Source of the DNA: a virus
DNA length: 64,000 bases
Strand: one strand, 5' to 3'
Virus record (IMG/VR): IMGVR_UViG_3300020204_000006
Made by a program: the position numbers and the translations under genes. Each line of letters starts with the position of its first letter. Within the stretch, counting starts at the first letter, position 1. Below, piece after piece: positions 36,991-46,445 of the stretch. The notes beneath the pieces are model-generated. The model searched no databases, was not told the origin of the DNA, and saw only the letters and a program-made list of their open reading frames with translations.

Positions 36991-37885
36991 AAATTTTGAG
37001 GATAAAACAAGCGGCAAAATAAAATTTCTTGGATTGCTGTCTAGGTATCTTCAGGAAATGGGTTTAAAAATGGATAAAAATAACCCAGATGTTTTACTTC
37101 ATATTGGCAGAGATTATAAAAATTATATTAAAAAAAGTAAATTAATATGTAGGCTAGATGGTCTTGCAATAAATACAGATCAGGACTACAGCTCATCCAA
37201 TAATAAAATATATAAAGCTGTAAAAAATAGCAACGCGATTATTTATCAAAATGTATTTTGTAAAGAGTCTTATGAGTCTTTTTTTCCAAAACTTAAAAAA
37301 CAAAAAAACAAATGTATATTAAACGGAAACGTTGTTAAATATCATGGTAATAAAGAATTTTCTTTTTTAGCAAATGTAAAGTGGAGGCCTCACAAGAGAG
37401 TAAAAGAAACTGCTATGTGTTTTGCTAGGGCCTGTGACATGGGACTTAATAGTAAGCTTTATATAACCGGTGAGGTTTCTAAGGAAGATAGGATCGCGCA
37501 TAGCTCTATAGTTTATGCTGGATGGGTTCAGGACGCCGTATTAGAACAGCTGCTTGCTAAATGCTCTTTTGGATTGCATCTTGCTTGGCTTGACTGGTGT
37601 CCCAATACTGTAGTTGAATATTTATGCAACGGAATGTCTGTTTTGTATTCTTCTAGTGGTGGTACAAAGCATGTCGTTCAAGATAGTGGCATTTCTTTTA
37701 TTGATAAAGAGTGGGATTTCAAGCCACACAAACTTTACATTCCACCTAAAATAGACGTAGATCATGTCGCTAATAAAATTATAGATTTAACAAAAATTAA
37801 AAACGTCAATTCTGGTCATGTTGATATTTGCAGCATTGCAAATCAATATAGTTTATTTTTTAATGAGGTATGTAATGAAAAATGA
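36971..37885 (+). CDS. Glycosyltransferase, GT4-like; paralog of 34323..35255
   Basis: RLDG, IYQN.F.K, NVKWRPHKR, DWCPNTVVEYLCNGMSVL...GGTKHVV. Confidence 0.85.
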   Translation: MKFFINENFEDKTSGKIKFLGLLSRYLQEMGLKMDKNNPDVLLHIGRDYKNYIKKSKLICRLDGLAINTDQDYSSSNNKIYKAVKNSNAIIYQNVFCKESYESFFPKLKKQKNKCILNGNVVKYHGNKEFSFLANVKWRPHKRVKETAMCFARACDMGLNSKLYITGEVSKEDRIAHSSIVYAGWVQDAVLEQLLAKCSFGLHLAWLDWCPNTVVEYLCNGMSVLYSSSGGTKHVVQDSGISFIDKEWDFKPHKLYIPPKIDVDHVANKIIDLTKIKNVNSGHVDICSIANQYSLFFNEVCNEK

Positions 37886-38615
37886 AATAGGTGTAAGTAT
37901 AATAACTCCGCTGTATAACTATGCAAAATATATAGGTGAAAATATAAAATCAGTTAAAAAATCTGGTGATTATAGTGGTATAAATTATGAACATATAGTT
38001 GTAGATGATTGTTCAAGTGATAATCCTGGTCCTCATATTGAGAAGGGGTTTCACTCTAAACTAATATATATAAAAAGAGATAAAAACGGCGGTATGTCTG
38101 CTTCTAGAAATACAGGTCTTTTAAAATCTTCTTTTTGTTATGTTTGTTTTTTAGACTCAGATGACATGCTAACTAAAAGTAGTGTGATTGACAGATTCAA
38201 TAAGCTTGAAAAGGGATATGATTTTGTGCATGGTCCTGTTCTTTCTTGTTGCGAAAGAAAAAGGTCTATAAATAAAGAGTGGAGTAAATGGCCTTCAAAA
38301 TCTAAAACAGAGGAAGCATATAGATTTATACATGCCCAAGGAGTGTGCTGCAAAAAAGAATTATTCACAAAATATGGAATGTTTGATGAAAATTTAGTAT
38401 GGAAGGCTGATAGGGAAATGTGGTCTAGGCTTATTAATAGAGGAGTTAATATAGGTACTGTTTCCGAACCAGTTGCTCTTTATAGGAGTCATGACAAGCA
38501 GTGGAGCAAGCATCCTGAAAAATTAAAAAACAATGAAAGACTTACTTTGGAATTAAAGAAATTAATAGAAGTCAGGAGATCAAACTTAAATAATTTGAAA
38601 TTTTTAAATGAATAA
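37875..38615 (+). CDS. Glycosyltransferase, GT2 family
   Basis: VSIITPLYN...VVDDCSSD...SRNTGL...CFLDSDD. Start moved to the ATG at 37875 (GAGG upstream, overlap with the previous stop). Confidence 0.88.
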   Translation: MKNEIGVSIITPLYNYAKYIGENIKSVKKSGDYSGINYEHIVVDDCSSDNPGPHIEKGFHSKLIYIKRDKNGGMSASRNTGLLKSSFCYVCFLDSDDMLTKSSVIDRFNKLEKGYDFVHGPVLSCCERKRSINKEWSKWPSKSKTEEAYRFIHAQGVCCKKELFTKYGMFDENLVWKADREMWSRLINRGVNIGTVSEPVALYRSHDKQWSKHPEKLKNNERLTLELKKLIEVRRSNLNNLKFLNE

Positions 38616-39243
38616 AATTATAAAAAACATCATATTTGATTTAGACGGAGTTTTAGTAGATGCTTGTGACTGGCACTATGAATCTTTAAACAGGGCTTTG
38701 ACTAAAAATGGATTTGAAGAAATAAATATTTCCGATCATAAGAAGACTTTCAATGGCCTACCTACTAAAGTTAAATTAAAAATGCTTAATTTAAATGAAG
38801 AGCAAATTGAGATGGTATCAAAAGACAAACAGTATATAACTCTAAATGTTATACACGAAATGTGCTTGAGAGATAAGTCAAAAATAGATTTTATGTTTTA
38901 TTTAAAAAATCATGGAGTCAAAATAGGTTGTGTTACAAATAGCATAAAAAAAACTACAATAGCAATGCTATCTAATTGTGGAATAATAGACTTCATAGAC
39001 AAAATTATTACAAATGAAGATGTTGTTGTGCCTAAACCAGATCCAGAGGGCTATATTAAATGTATGAAAAGTTTTTCTGCATCTCCACAAGATACCGTGA
39101 TTGTGGAAGATAGTGAAAAAGGTGTTATGGCTGCATCAAAAACAAATTCATATATTTGGGTTGTAAAAAATGCAAAAAGTGTTACGATTGAAGATTTTAA
39201 CATGTTTTGTTCTTTTAATTCTTTAGGTATATTTGAAAAATGA
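38608..39243 (+). CDS. HAD-superfamily phosphatase (beta-phosphoglucomutase-like)
   Basis: IIFDLDGVLVD motif I; CVTNS; KPDPEGY; IVEDS..G. Confidence 0.9.
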   Translation: MNKIIKNIIFDLDGVLVDACDWHYESLNRALTKNGFEEINISDHKKTFNGLPTKVKLKMLNLNEEQIEMVSKDKQYITLNVIHEMCLRDKSKIDFMFYLKNHGVKIGCVTNSIKKTTIAMLSNCGIIDFIDKIITNEDVVVPKPDPEGYIKCMKSFSASPQDTVIVEDSEKGVMAASKTNSYIWVVKNAKSVTIEDFNMFCSFNSLGIFEK

Positions 39244-39959
39244 TAAACATAGTTATTCCTGCTGCTGGAAGAGGAAGTAGATTTTCTTCATTAACAAGCA
39301 CACCCAAGCCATTTATAGACATAAAGGGCAGAATTATGATTGATCATGCCATATCCAGTCTTGTTTCTAATTATGTTGATACATTTCAAGTCCATGTGTG
39401 TTTTCATAAAGATCATATTAAATATGAAAATTTTCTTAGTGAATTAAAAAATAGATATGATTTACACTTAACGTACATAGATTATGTGACGTCTGGTCAG
39501 GCAGAGACTGTAAATATACTAGTAAAAAAAATAAGTAATAATTATCCAATATTAATTGCTAATTGTGATCAGATAATAGAATGGGATATTAATGATTTTA
39601 TTTCTTATTGTTTTTTAAATAATCTAGATGGGTGCATTCCTGTTTTTAGTTCAGACTCAGATAAATGGTCTTATGCGCAAACTGATGATAACGGATTTGT
39701 TTTAAAAACTGTCGAAAAAAAAGTTATATCTAATAATGCAACTGTTGGTATTTATTATTGGAAAAATAAAGAAATATGCATTAAGTCAATAGAAGACATG
39801 AAGAGTAGTAATGACATGACTAATAATGAGTATTATGTTTGTCCAGCTTATAATTATTTAATAAAAAATGGTGGAAAAGTTATGATATGGAATGACATAA
39901 TAATGCATGGAGTTGGGACTCCGAATGACCTCAAAAGTTATATTGAATTACAAGGATAG
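39240..39959 (+). CDS. Sugar-phosphate nucleotidyltransferase (NTP_transferase family)
   Basis: VIPAAGRGSRF...PKPFI; ANCD; EK..IS..ATVGIYYW; GTPNDL. Confidence 0.9.
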   Translation: MINIVIPAAGRGSRFSSLTSTPKPFIDIKGRIMIDHAISSLVSNYVDTFQVHVCFHKDHIKYENFLSELKNRYDLHLTYIDYVTSGQAETVNILVKKISNNYPILIANCDQIIEWDINDFISYCFLNNLDGCIPVFSSDSDKWSYAQTDDNGFVLKTVEKKVISNNATVGIYYWKNKEICIKSIEDMKSSNDMTNNEYYVCPAYNYLIKNGGKVMIWNDIIMHGVGTPNDLKSYIELQG

Positions 39960-39965
39960 CAATTA

Positions 39966-40739
39966 ATGTTTTTTGTTACAACATTTAGTGAAAGAGGATA
40001 CAGGGAGTATGGAGAAAATATGCTTAATTCGTATGTTAAAAACTGCGACATTCCTATTTATGTATATTATGAAAATTTTAAACCAAACATAGTTAGTCAA
40101 AATATTAGATATGTAGACATATTTGAAGTCAATCCCGATCTTATTTCTTTTATAAAAAGGAACAAAGAAAGACCTGTTTCAAATTTTAAATTTGACGGAG
40201 TTAGATTTAGTTATAAAGTTTTTGCGATAACAAATGCTGGCGTGAATCATTCATCTGAATGGATGTTTTGGATAGACGCTGATACTGTATTTAAAGAAAA
40301 AGTTAATCCCAAACAGATGATAAAAAAAATGCAAGATTGTGCATCTCTAAAAGATTCTAAATGTATTGATAATTATGATTTGGCATGTTTTTCAAGAAGA
40401 AAGACACCAAAAAGGCCTCCAGAAAAGTGCTGGACAGAATGCGGATTAGTGGGATACAATCTGAGAAATCATAACACTTTAAACTTTCTTAAATTATTTA
40501 GAAATTTTTATATTAAGGATAAAATATATCAAGAAAAACAGCAGCATGATTCATGGATATTTGATGTTGTAAGAAAAAATTTGTCGCTTACAAATAAATT
40601 AATTGTTTTGAATTTAAACCCACAAAATTATTCTCACCCAATAGTACAGAGTCCAATGGGTTCTTTATTTGACCATCTTAAGGGCAAGTTAAGAAAAAGA
40701 AGAGGCTCTAGTCCTGAAAAAAGAAAAAATATTACCTAA
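39966..40739 (+). CDS. Putative glycosyltransferase (GT-A-like, DAD motif)
   Basis: FDGVRFSYKVFAI...WMFWIDADT; cluster context. Confidence 0.6.
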   Translation: MFFVTTFSERGYREYGENMLNSYVKNCDIPIYVYYENFKPNIVSQNIRYVDIFEVNPDLISFIKRNKERPVSNFKFDGVRFSYKVFAITNAGVNHSSEWMFWIDADTVFKEKVNPKQMIKKMQDCASLKDSKCIDNYDLACFSRRKTPKRPPEKCWTECGLVGYNLRNHNTLNFLKLFRNFYIKDKIYQEKQQHDSWIFDVVRKNLSLTNKLIVLNLNPQNYSHPIVQSPMGSLFDHLKGKLRKRRGSSPEKRKNIT

Positions 40740-41059
40740 TGAGACATTTTAATATAAAAAATTTTGATAGAGGATGGATAATAGGCAATTTTGATAATTC
40801 GGTGTTAAAAACAGAAGATTTTGAACTTGGTATTAAAAATTACAAATCTGGAGAATTTAATCCCAATCATTTACATAAACTCTCAAAAGAAATAAATTTT
40901 ATTGTAAGCGGTGTTGTAAAATTTAATAAAGAATATTTTAGTGCCGGTGATGTGGTAGTTGTCGAAGAAAATGAATGTAGCTTTTTTGAATGTATTGAAG
41001 ATTGTTGTATTGTAGTAGCAAGAAATAAATCTATAAGCACAGATAAGTATGAATGCTAA
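40739..41059 (+). CDS. Cupin-fold protein (possible sugar isomerase/epimerase)
   Basis: RGWIIGNF...HLHKLSKEINFIVSG...AGDVVVV, the cupin H-x-H-x4-E motif. Confidence 0.75.
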   Translation: MRHFNIKNFDRGWIIGNFDNSVLKTEDFELGIKNYKSGEFNPNHLHKLSKEINFIVSGVVKFNKEYFSAGDVVVVEENECSFFECIEDCCIVVARNKSISTDKYEC

Positions 41060-41534
41060 TTTTGACATAATAAGCCATAGAGGATATATAGAAGGTTGCA
41101 ATCAAGAATTTGAAAACAATCCAGATCATTTGGAACATTGTTTTGAAAGATATCCTTGGATGTTTTTTGAAATAGATGTATGGAAAATAGGAAATAATTT
41201 TTATCTTGGTCATGATGAGCCTATCTATAAGGTCTATCTTGATTTTTTATATAATAAAAAGTTTTATATTCATGCCAAAAATCTGAATGCCTTTGAGTTT
41301 TTATATCAAAATAAAAATGCCAATCTTTTTAGGGACATGTTTTATCATGATAAAGATGATGTTACTGTGACTTTATCTGGTAAAATATGGTGCAACAAGA
41401 AAATATGGGTTAAAAATTCAATACTTAATCAGGTTTCAGAGGAAACAATAAATTTATATGATTTAAATTATATTGGTATTTGTACTGACTTTCCATTAAA
41501 AGTTAAAAAATATATGGACCATCAATATGGGTGA
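41049..41534 (+). CDS. PLC-like/GDPD-like phosphodiesterase
   Basis: IISHRG...EN...EIDVW...LGHDEP...HAKN...GICTDF. Confidence 0.8.
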   Translation: MNANFDIISHRGYIEGCNQEFENNPDHLEHCFERYPWMFFEIDVWKIGNNFYLGHDEPIYKVYLDFLYNKKFYIHAKNLNAFEFLYQNKNANLFRDMFYHDKDDVTVTLSGKIWCNKKIWVKNSILNQVSEETINLYDLNYIGICTDFPLKVKKYMDHQYG

Positions 41535-42615
41535 TAGGGGAGTTATTATTTTTACAAATCATGTTGCTCCATGGCATATTGGAGGCAGTGAAATTGTTGT
41601 AGATAAAATAGCTGAAAATTTAGCCAATTATGTTCCGGTTGTTGTATGTGGTAGTGATGTCCCTGGTTACAAAAAATATAAAAATTATTTTCAGCACCGC
41701 GTTACAGACACTAATGATTTGAATTCTGTCTTGTCAAAATACAAAAACTATGAAATATTTATTTACAGTGATGGATATTTTTTTACAAAATTTATTTTAG
41801 ATTATTGCAAGTTAAGAAATAAAAAAGTCCATTTGGCTCCAGTCGGATTCAATATAACTAGGGAAAAGGAAGAACTTAAAAAGAGAATTTTATCATACAG
41901 CAATATAAAATATATATATCATGATGTTAATTATGTGGATTTTATATGGGGTAATGAAAATTTATCTACCATGCCAAAATATTCTTATTCAATAATACCA
42001 AATGGATTTGATGATTTTGAATTTAGTGGTACAGAAAAAAGACAATTTGACAAAAAGTCAATTATTACTATTGCTAATACTTTCCCATTTAAGGGTCATG
42101 ATTTGTGCATTGATGTTCTTGATGGTCTAATACAGGAATTTGACTTTGAATATCATATTTTTTGCACAACACCATCTTGGATTGTTGCTAAAAATAAAAT
42201 GAAATGGCTTATTTCGGAGTGCAACAAAAGATCAAAGTGGATGAGCGTTCACGTTGATTCTAAAAGAGAAAAAATGATTAGCTACTTAAAGGGTTCATCA
42301 CTTATGCTTTTTCTTTCTCAAAAAGAAGTAAGCCCACTTGTTTTAATAGAATCTTGTGCTGCTGGTGTTCCATGGATAGCTTTTAATGTTGGGAACTCAA
42401 GGTCAATACCATCTGGTGTTATTTTTGATGCAGAAGAAGATTTTAAGGGCAATAAGATAATGACCGAAAATTTGAAATTAAAAATCTCAAACTGCATAAA
42501 GAATGAAATATTTGATGGTAATTTAATTGTCGATAAAGCTATTTCAAATAATTTTTTATCCGAAAGATCGTGGTCATCTATATCTAAAATGTATTATGAT
42601 TTTATACTAAAATAA
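41527..42615 (+). CDS. Glycosyltransferase, GT4-like
   Basis: HIGGSE N-terminal loop; IIPNG; KGHD; EVSPLVLIESCAAGVPWIAFNVG. Confidence 0.85.
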   Translation: MGDRGVIIFTNHVAPWHIGGSEIVVDKIAENLANYVPVVVCGSDVPGYKKYKNYFQHRVTDTNDLNSVLSKYKNYEIFIYSDGYFFTKFILDYCKLRNKKVHLAPVGFNITREKEELKKRILSYSNIKYIYHDVNYVDFIWGNENLSTMPKYSYSIIPNGFDDFEFSGTEKRQFDKKSIITIANTFPFKGHDLCIDVLDGLIQEFDFEYHIFCTTPSWIVAKNKMKWLISECNKRSKWMSVHVDSKREKMISYLKGSSLMLFLSQKEVSPLVLIESCAAGVPWIAFNVGNSRSIPSGVIFDAEEDFKGNKIMTENLKLKISNCIKNEIFDGNLIVDKAISNNFLSERSWSSISKMYYDFILK

Positions 42616-42616
42616 T

Positions 42617-43441
42617 ATGAAAGTTTCAGTTTGCATAGCAGTTAAAAATTGTAGTAATTTTATAAAAGATTCACTATTTAGTATTTTGAATCAAGATTTT
42701 AAAGAAGATTGGGAAATATTACTTGGAGATGATCTGTCTAGCGATGGCACTATAGATGTTGTTATAGGTGCACTTAAATATATTGGTGGGAAAATTCCTG
42801 TTAGGTTATATAAATCTGATAAAAATATTGGATGTGGTCTTAGAAGGAATTGTCTTGTTAATTTTTCTTTTGGTGATTATGTTGCTATAGCTGACGGAGA
42901 TGACATATATCCTCCCAAAAGAATAAGTGAGCAGTACTCAATAGCTTCTTCTGATAGTGGAATATTTGCATTATCGGGATCCTGTAATGTTATTGATGAA
43001 TTTGGAAAAAGTATTTCACATATACACAAAGACAACATGACAGATCGTGAAATATTATATGCTCTTTCAAATACCTATGAAAACCCAATATGTGATCCAT
43101 GTTCATTTTTTGACAAAAAAATATTTTTTGAAATGGGAGGGTATTCTTGTTTAGATCAAAATAAGCTTATACCTGATCTTGATTTGTGGATGAGATTTTT
43201 TGAATTTTCAAGATACGGCATTATAAGCAACAAGACAATTTTGGTTTTTGAAAATACTTGGGTTGATTACAGAAAAAACCCAAATGGTAATACCGTAAAA
43301 TTTAGTCGAGAAATGATGCGTGCACATGGTTTAAGACGAAAGATATTTAACCACAGGCTTTTAAACGAAGCAAGTGTTGAATTTAAAAAAGATTTTTCAA
43401 CCCCTGGAAGGATGGAACTGATATATGAGCAAGGTTACTAG
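42617..43441 (+). CDS. Glycosyltransferase, GT2 family
   Basis: VSVCIAVKN...GDDLSSDGT...AIADGDD...DLDLW. Confidence 0.88.
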   Translation: MKVSVCIAVKNCSNFIKDSLFSILNQDFKEDWEILLGDDLSSDGTIDVVIGALKYIGGKIPVRLYKSDKNIGCGLRRNCLVNFSFGDYVAIADGDDIYPPKRISEQYSIASSDSGIFALSGSCNVIDEFGKSISHIHKDNMTDREILYALSNTYENPICDPCSFFDKKIFFEMGGYSCLDQNKLIPDLDLWMRFFEFSRYGIISNKTILVFENTWVDYRKNPNGNTVKFSREMMRAHGLRRKIFNHRLLNEASVEFKKDFSTPGRMELIYEQGY

Positions 43442-44630
43442 TTCTCAAAATTGGTCGGACGAAGATTTAGAGTATTTGTATAAGGCTAGAAGTGAAAGCA
43501 TTCCATATGACGTTATAGGCAGAGAGTTAAACAGGACAGCCGAAGCCTGTAAAAGCAAGTGGTTAAAAACAGAGTGGGATAAAATGTCATTTTTTAGATC
43601 TAGCGACACCAGGGTTAAAAAATCAAAAATTGTAGCCTTTGAAGAAAAAATGAATAAGACGGTTGAGAATAAGCTAGAGATGTTTAGACTTCGTGCCGAT
43701 GTGCTGGGAGATAGAATAGAGAGTGCAATCAAAAAGGCTCCTAAAATAAAATTAACTCAATGGTCTCCTAAAAATAAAAAATATAAAATTGATTCTGAGG
43801 ACATAGGTTTGGTTATGAGTGACCTACATATAGGCCACTCTCACAGTTTAGAAGAAACGGGCGGATTAAGTGAATACAATCTTGACATATTTATAAATAG
43901 GTTGAGAAATTTGGAGAATAGTGTTGCTGATATATATGAGCTCCACACTAGTCTTTATAAAATACCGAAGCTTCATATATTTTGCCTTGGCGACATAGTT
44001 GACGGAATGAACAACGCAGGAAGTTGGAGTCCTGTATATATAAACACGCCAATTTATGATCAGATAATGATAGGTTTTGAAAATCTTTGTCATTCAATAT
44101 GCTATTGGCTTACTATATTTGAAGAAATTCATTTTTATGGGGTTAGGGGAAATCATGGTAGGATAGCTCCATCTGGAGCTGAAAAGGACTACGCCAACTG
44201 GGATAACCTTTGCTATGACATGTTGAAACTTAAATTTGCTGACAACCCTCGTATAAAATTTAATGTACCTAAAACATGGTGGATAATGGGTGAAATAAAA
44301 ACACATAAGTTCCTTCTTGTCCACGGAGATGATGTTAGAAATTCTGGTCACGCTATTAAGGGTCTTGAAAATTTTGTCCAATCAATGAGCGGAATTATAA
44401 ATGATAAACCAGATTACACTATATGTGGACATTTTCACCAATCTTCTGAATTAAGCACTAATTTTGGAAAAATGATTATTAATGGAAGTTTTGTTGGGGG
44501 TGACGTTTATTCCATAAAAAACCTGCATAAATGCTCTAAAGCAGAGCAAAAAATATTCGGCATAAATGAATCCAGAGGTATAACGTGGAGGTATGATATA
44601 GATTTAGATCGTAAAAGATCTAAGAGATAA
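43425..44630 (+). CDS. Calcineurin-like metallophosphoesterase with an N-terminal Myb/SANT-like HTH
   Basis: SDLHIG, GDIVDG, GNHG, VHGD and GHFH (all five motifs); N-terminus WSDEDLEYL...IGRELNRTAEACKSKW. Confidence 0.85.
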   Translation: MSKVTSSQNWSDEDLEYLYKARSESIPYDVIGRELNRTAEACKSKWLKTEWDKMSFFRSSDTRVKKSKIVAFEEKMNKTVENKLEMFRLRADVLGDRIESAIKKAPKIKLTQWSPKNKKYKIDSEDIGLVMSDLHIGHSHSLEETGGLSEYNLDIFINRLRNLENSVADIYELHTSLYKIPKLHIFCLGDIVDGMNNAGSWSPVYINTPIYDQIMIGFENLCHSICYWLTIFEEIHFYGVRGNHGRIAPSGAEKDYANWDNLCYDMLKLKFADNPRIKFNVPKTWWIMGEIKTHKFLLVHGDDVRNSGHAIKGLENFVQSMSGIINDKPDYTICGHFHQSSELSTNFGKMIINGSFVGGDVYSIKNLHKCSKAEQKIFGINESRGITWRYDIDLDRKRSKR

Positions 44631-44633
44631 ACT

Positions 44634-45089
44634 ATGCTTAGACTACCTGAATGGGCTCAAAAATTTATAGAAAACAAAGAATGTCCTTATTGTGGTCATT
44701 TTTTAAAAAGTTGTAAAATTTTACACATGGGTATTAAGCTCAGATCAGAAGAAAAGCCATCTGATGGTTGCTGTTTGTGTTTTGACGCAAGGTGTAAAAA
44801 ATGTGAAAATATTGCTTCTACCACAATAGTTACAGATATAAATTTTAGTTCTTTGCAAATAGCTAATGAGATATATAAGGCTTTAGAGGATCTTAGTGTA
44901 GTTAAGTCTACAGGAAAAAAAAGCAATAGAAATGTTTCTAGGGAAATATATAAGAAAAAATATAAAATTCCAGAAAGCGAAAGCGGTGAACTTAAAAAAT
45001 TTTTAAAACATAACGATGACTATGAAACTTTTTTAAAGTTTATAGGTGTTAGTGATTTTGAAATAAAAAAAAGTAGCTACGATGGCTGA
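44634..45089 (+). CDS. Hypothetical zinc-ribbon protein
   Basis: 151 aa with CPYC and CKKC pairs; tight gene packing. Confidence 0.65.
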   Translation: MLRLPEWAQKFIENKECPYCGHFLKSCKILHMGIKLRSEEKPSDGCCLCFDARCKKCENIASTTIVTDINFSSLQIANEIYKALEDLSVVKSTGKKSNRNVSREIYKKKYKIPESESGELKKFLKHNDDYETFLKFIGVSDFEIKKSSYDG

Positions 45090-46095
45090 TATGTGCATTT
45101 CTGAAAATTTCCCTTTTGTTTTTTCTCTATTAAAATGTTTTTACAATAGTGAAAATATATCATTAGAAAATTATAAATTAAAATTTTTAGATAATGCTAT
45201 TGGTACCATTTCAGATAACTGTATCATTTTGCCAAATTCAGATGTGGAAAGTAACAGTATAAGATTGGTTGATATAATGCTTTCAGAAGCATCTGCAAAA
45301 AAAATAAATTTAGATAAAACTCAACTTAATAATTTTTATGCATTTGCTATTGGTATTATAAAGTACACCTACGCGAATTCTTATCTTAAGTCATTTAGCG
45401 AAGATGAAATATCTTCTTCAGTAAAAAGAGAAACTTTTTATTTGCCTTCTAGTTTATTTTTTGATATTGCTTGTCCTGTTTTTGAAATTTCTCATTCTAA
45501 TAAATTAGATTTGAATTTTGGAAAAAAAGTGCCTTATGAGGTTTGTATTAAAAATAAATGTGCTTATTTGAGCATGATGAACATGCACAATCCAATAGGT
45601 GACTTTATTATACTTGAATCCATGATGCTTGCTAATCATTGTGACCCTAAACATGCTTTTAATAAATTGATATCAAATGCCAAAATAAATAATATATTTT
45701 TTTCTTCAATAAAAGATTTTTATCAAGATGATTTTAGTTTTTCTTTATTTGTTTTTATTTGCTGTATGAAATATGAAATATCGTACAATTTTGATTACTC
45801 TGTTTTATATTTAGAAAGTGGTATTAAGACTGCAAAAAAATTCCAAGATCCACCTTTTTGGATATTCGGATTAATAGAGAAAATGCTGGAGTCAGAAAGA
45901 GGTCCAGATTTTACTGTTAAAATGGTATGGGATCCATATGTTGCACAAACATATAAGATGATAGAGGATGCAAGACGAGAAAAGAAAATTTCCGGTACAA
46001 CTTTGGAGTTTATGTTACGTGTTTTAAATTCTAATGAAGATGGTAAAAAAGATCTTATTGAAAAAGTTCTTGAGGATAATAGATATGAAAAGTGA
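45082..46095 (+). CDS. Hypothetical protein
   Basis: 337-aa ORF overlapping its neighbours; no recognised motif. Confidence 0.65.
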   Translation: MADMCISENFPFVFSLLKCFYNSENISLENYKLKFLDNAIGTISDNCIILPNSDVESNSIRLVDIMLSEASAKKINLDKTQLNNFYAFAIGIIKYTYANSYLKSFSEDEISSSVKRETFYLPSSLFFDIACPVFEISHSNKLDLNFGKKVPYEVCIKNKCAYLSMMNMHNPIGDFIILESMMLANHCDPKHAFNKLISNAKINNIFFSSIKDFYQDDFSFSLFVFICCMKYEISYNFDYSVLYLESGIKTAKKFQDPPFWIFGLIEKMLESERGPDFTVKMVWDPYVAQTYKMIEDARREKKISGTTLEFMLRVLNSNEDGKKDLIEKVLEDNRYEK

Positions 46096-46276
46096 AAATA
46101 AAGAAAATCTAAAAAAACTTTTATACAAGACCGACTCGTGTCTTAATATGATGCAAAACGGAAAATTTATAGTAGCTTTTGAAAAGCTTCAAGGTATAAG
46201 ACAAATTATACTAAATATGATAGTAGAAGACGGATTTGAAAACAAGGTAAATAAAGATGTACAAAATATCGAGTAA
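46085..46276 (+). CDS. Small hypothetical protein
   Basis: 63 aa from the ATG at 46085; fills the gap with short overlaps on both sides. Confidence 0.5.
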   Translation: MKSENKENLKKLLYKTDSCLNMMQNGKFIVAFEKLQGIRQIILNMIVEDGFENKVNKDVQNIE

Positions 46277-46445
46277 AATCAAGGAGTCTGATTATGGAGT
46301 TGATTTTGGAGAGTCTGGATTAGGTTATACTCATCAAAACGGGGGACTTTTATCGATATTCCGTAAAACTAAAAAGAAAAATAAATATAAAAAAAAGAAG
46401 ATATATCAACTGGGACGATACATTACTGATGCAGGAAAAGATTAA
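46257..46445 (+). CDS. Small basic hypothetical protein
   Basis: 62 aa, AAGG upstream, Lys-rich C-terminus. Confidence 0.4.
   Translation: MYKISSKIKESDYGVDFGESGLGYTHQNGGLLSIFRKTKKKNKYKKKKIYQLGRYITDAGKD

Noticed and set aside
33601-43441. Ordinary chromosomal capsule or O-antigen locus
   Set aside because: No flippase, polymerase, chain-length, ABC export or initiating transferase genes were seen, and the flanks are phage-like.
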